From positions 1 through 37,550 of the IMG/VR virus record IMGVR_UViG_3300026266_000008: a DNA stretch of 37,550 nt, one strand, 5' to 3'. A program made the position numbers and the translations under genes. Shown piece by piece: positions 37,456 to 37,550 of this stretch (positions are counted from its first letter, which is position 1; every line of letters starts with the position of its first letter). Source of the DNA: a virus. Taxonomy: Duplodnaviria > Caudoviricetes. The notes below the pieces were generated by a model that ran no database searches, was not told the origin of the DNA, and saw only the letters and a program-made list of their open reading frames with translations.

Positions 37456-37480
37456 TAGTATCTGGAGATACACAGATTTC

Positions 37481-37550
37481 ATGAGTTTATCAGGTAAAGA
37501 GAAGCTTCTATTCATCACCTCCTTCCTGATCTTTCTACAATGGGGTGTAC
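37481..37550 (+). CDS. 5' end of a small membrane protein truncated by the window edge (MSLSGKEKLLFITSFLIFLQWGV)
   Basis: GGAG upstream, hydrophobic N-terminus, and the frame is open to the edge. Confidence 0.55.
   Translation, partial: MSLSGKEKLLFITSFLIFLQWGV

Noticed and set aside
1-37550. tRNA/rRNA genes, introns, inteins, homing endonucleases, stop-codon reassignment
   Set aside because: No such motifs were seen. Intergenic gaps are short, and genes are intact under the standard code except for the single frameshift at 15750.

Overview
This is a late (structural) region of a T4-like myovirus, most likely a marine cyanomyophage. All real genes are on the + strand, the DNA is AT-rich, and (A/C)TAAATA late promoters recur. 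1-8.4 kb holds baseplate hub genes (gp27-like, gp5 OB-fold, spike beta-helix proteins) plus one 2OG-Fe(II) oxygenase. 8.4-9.4 kb holds four small genes behind a sigma70-type promoter. 9.5-18.6 kb holds a 1950-aa fibre, an apparently frameshifted Ig/Gly-rich gene and a fibre connector. 18.6-37.4 kb is an array of five paralogous receptor-binding cassettes, each built as [late promoter]-[short distal-fibre adaptor]-[hypervariable Gly-rich or beta-propeller tip]-[small chaperone-like gene]. The adaptor C-terminal domain type co-varies with the N-terminal peptide of the next gene (a plug-and-socket pattern). Three cassettes share a 17-31 bp leader, there are patches of DNA identity between paralogues, and two unannotated gene remnants (24666-24727, 32545-32598) look like scars of cassette swapping or deletion. 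Inside the array lies an enzyme block driven by sigma70 promoters: two duplicated pairs of 2OG-Fe(II) oxygenases, a CmcH/NodU O-carbamoyltransferase, a GT9-like glycosyltransferase and a DUF6165-like protein. This block is a candidate hydroxylation-glycosylation-carbamoylation pathway. All family calls come from recognising motifs by eye; no searches were run.
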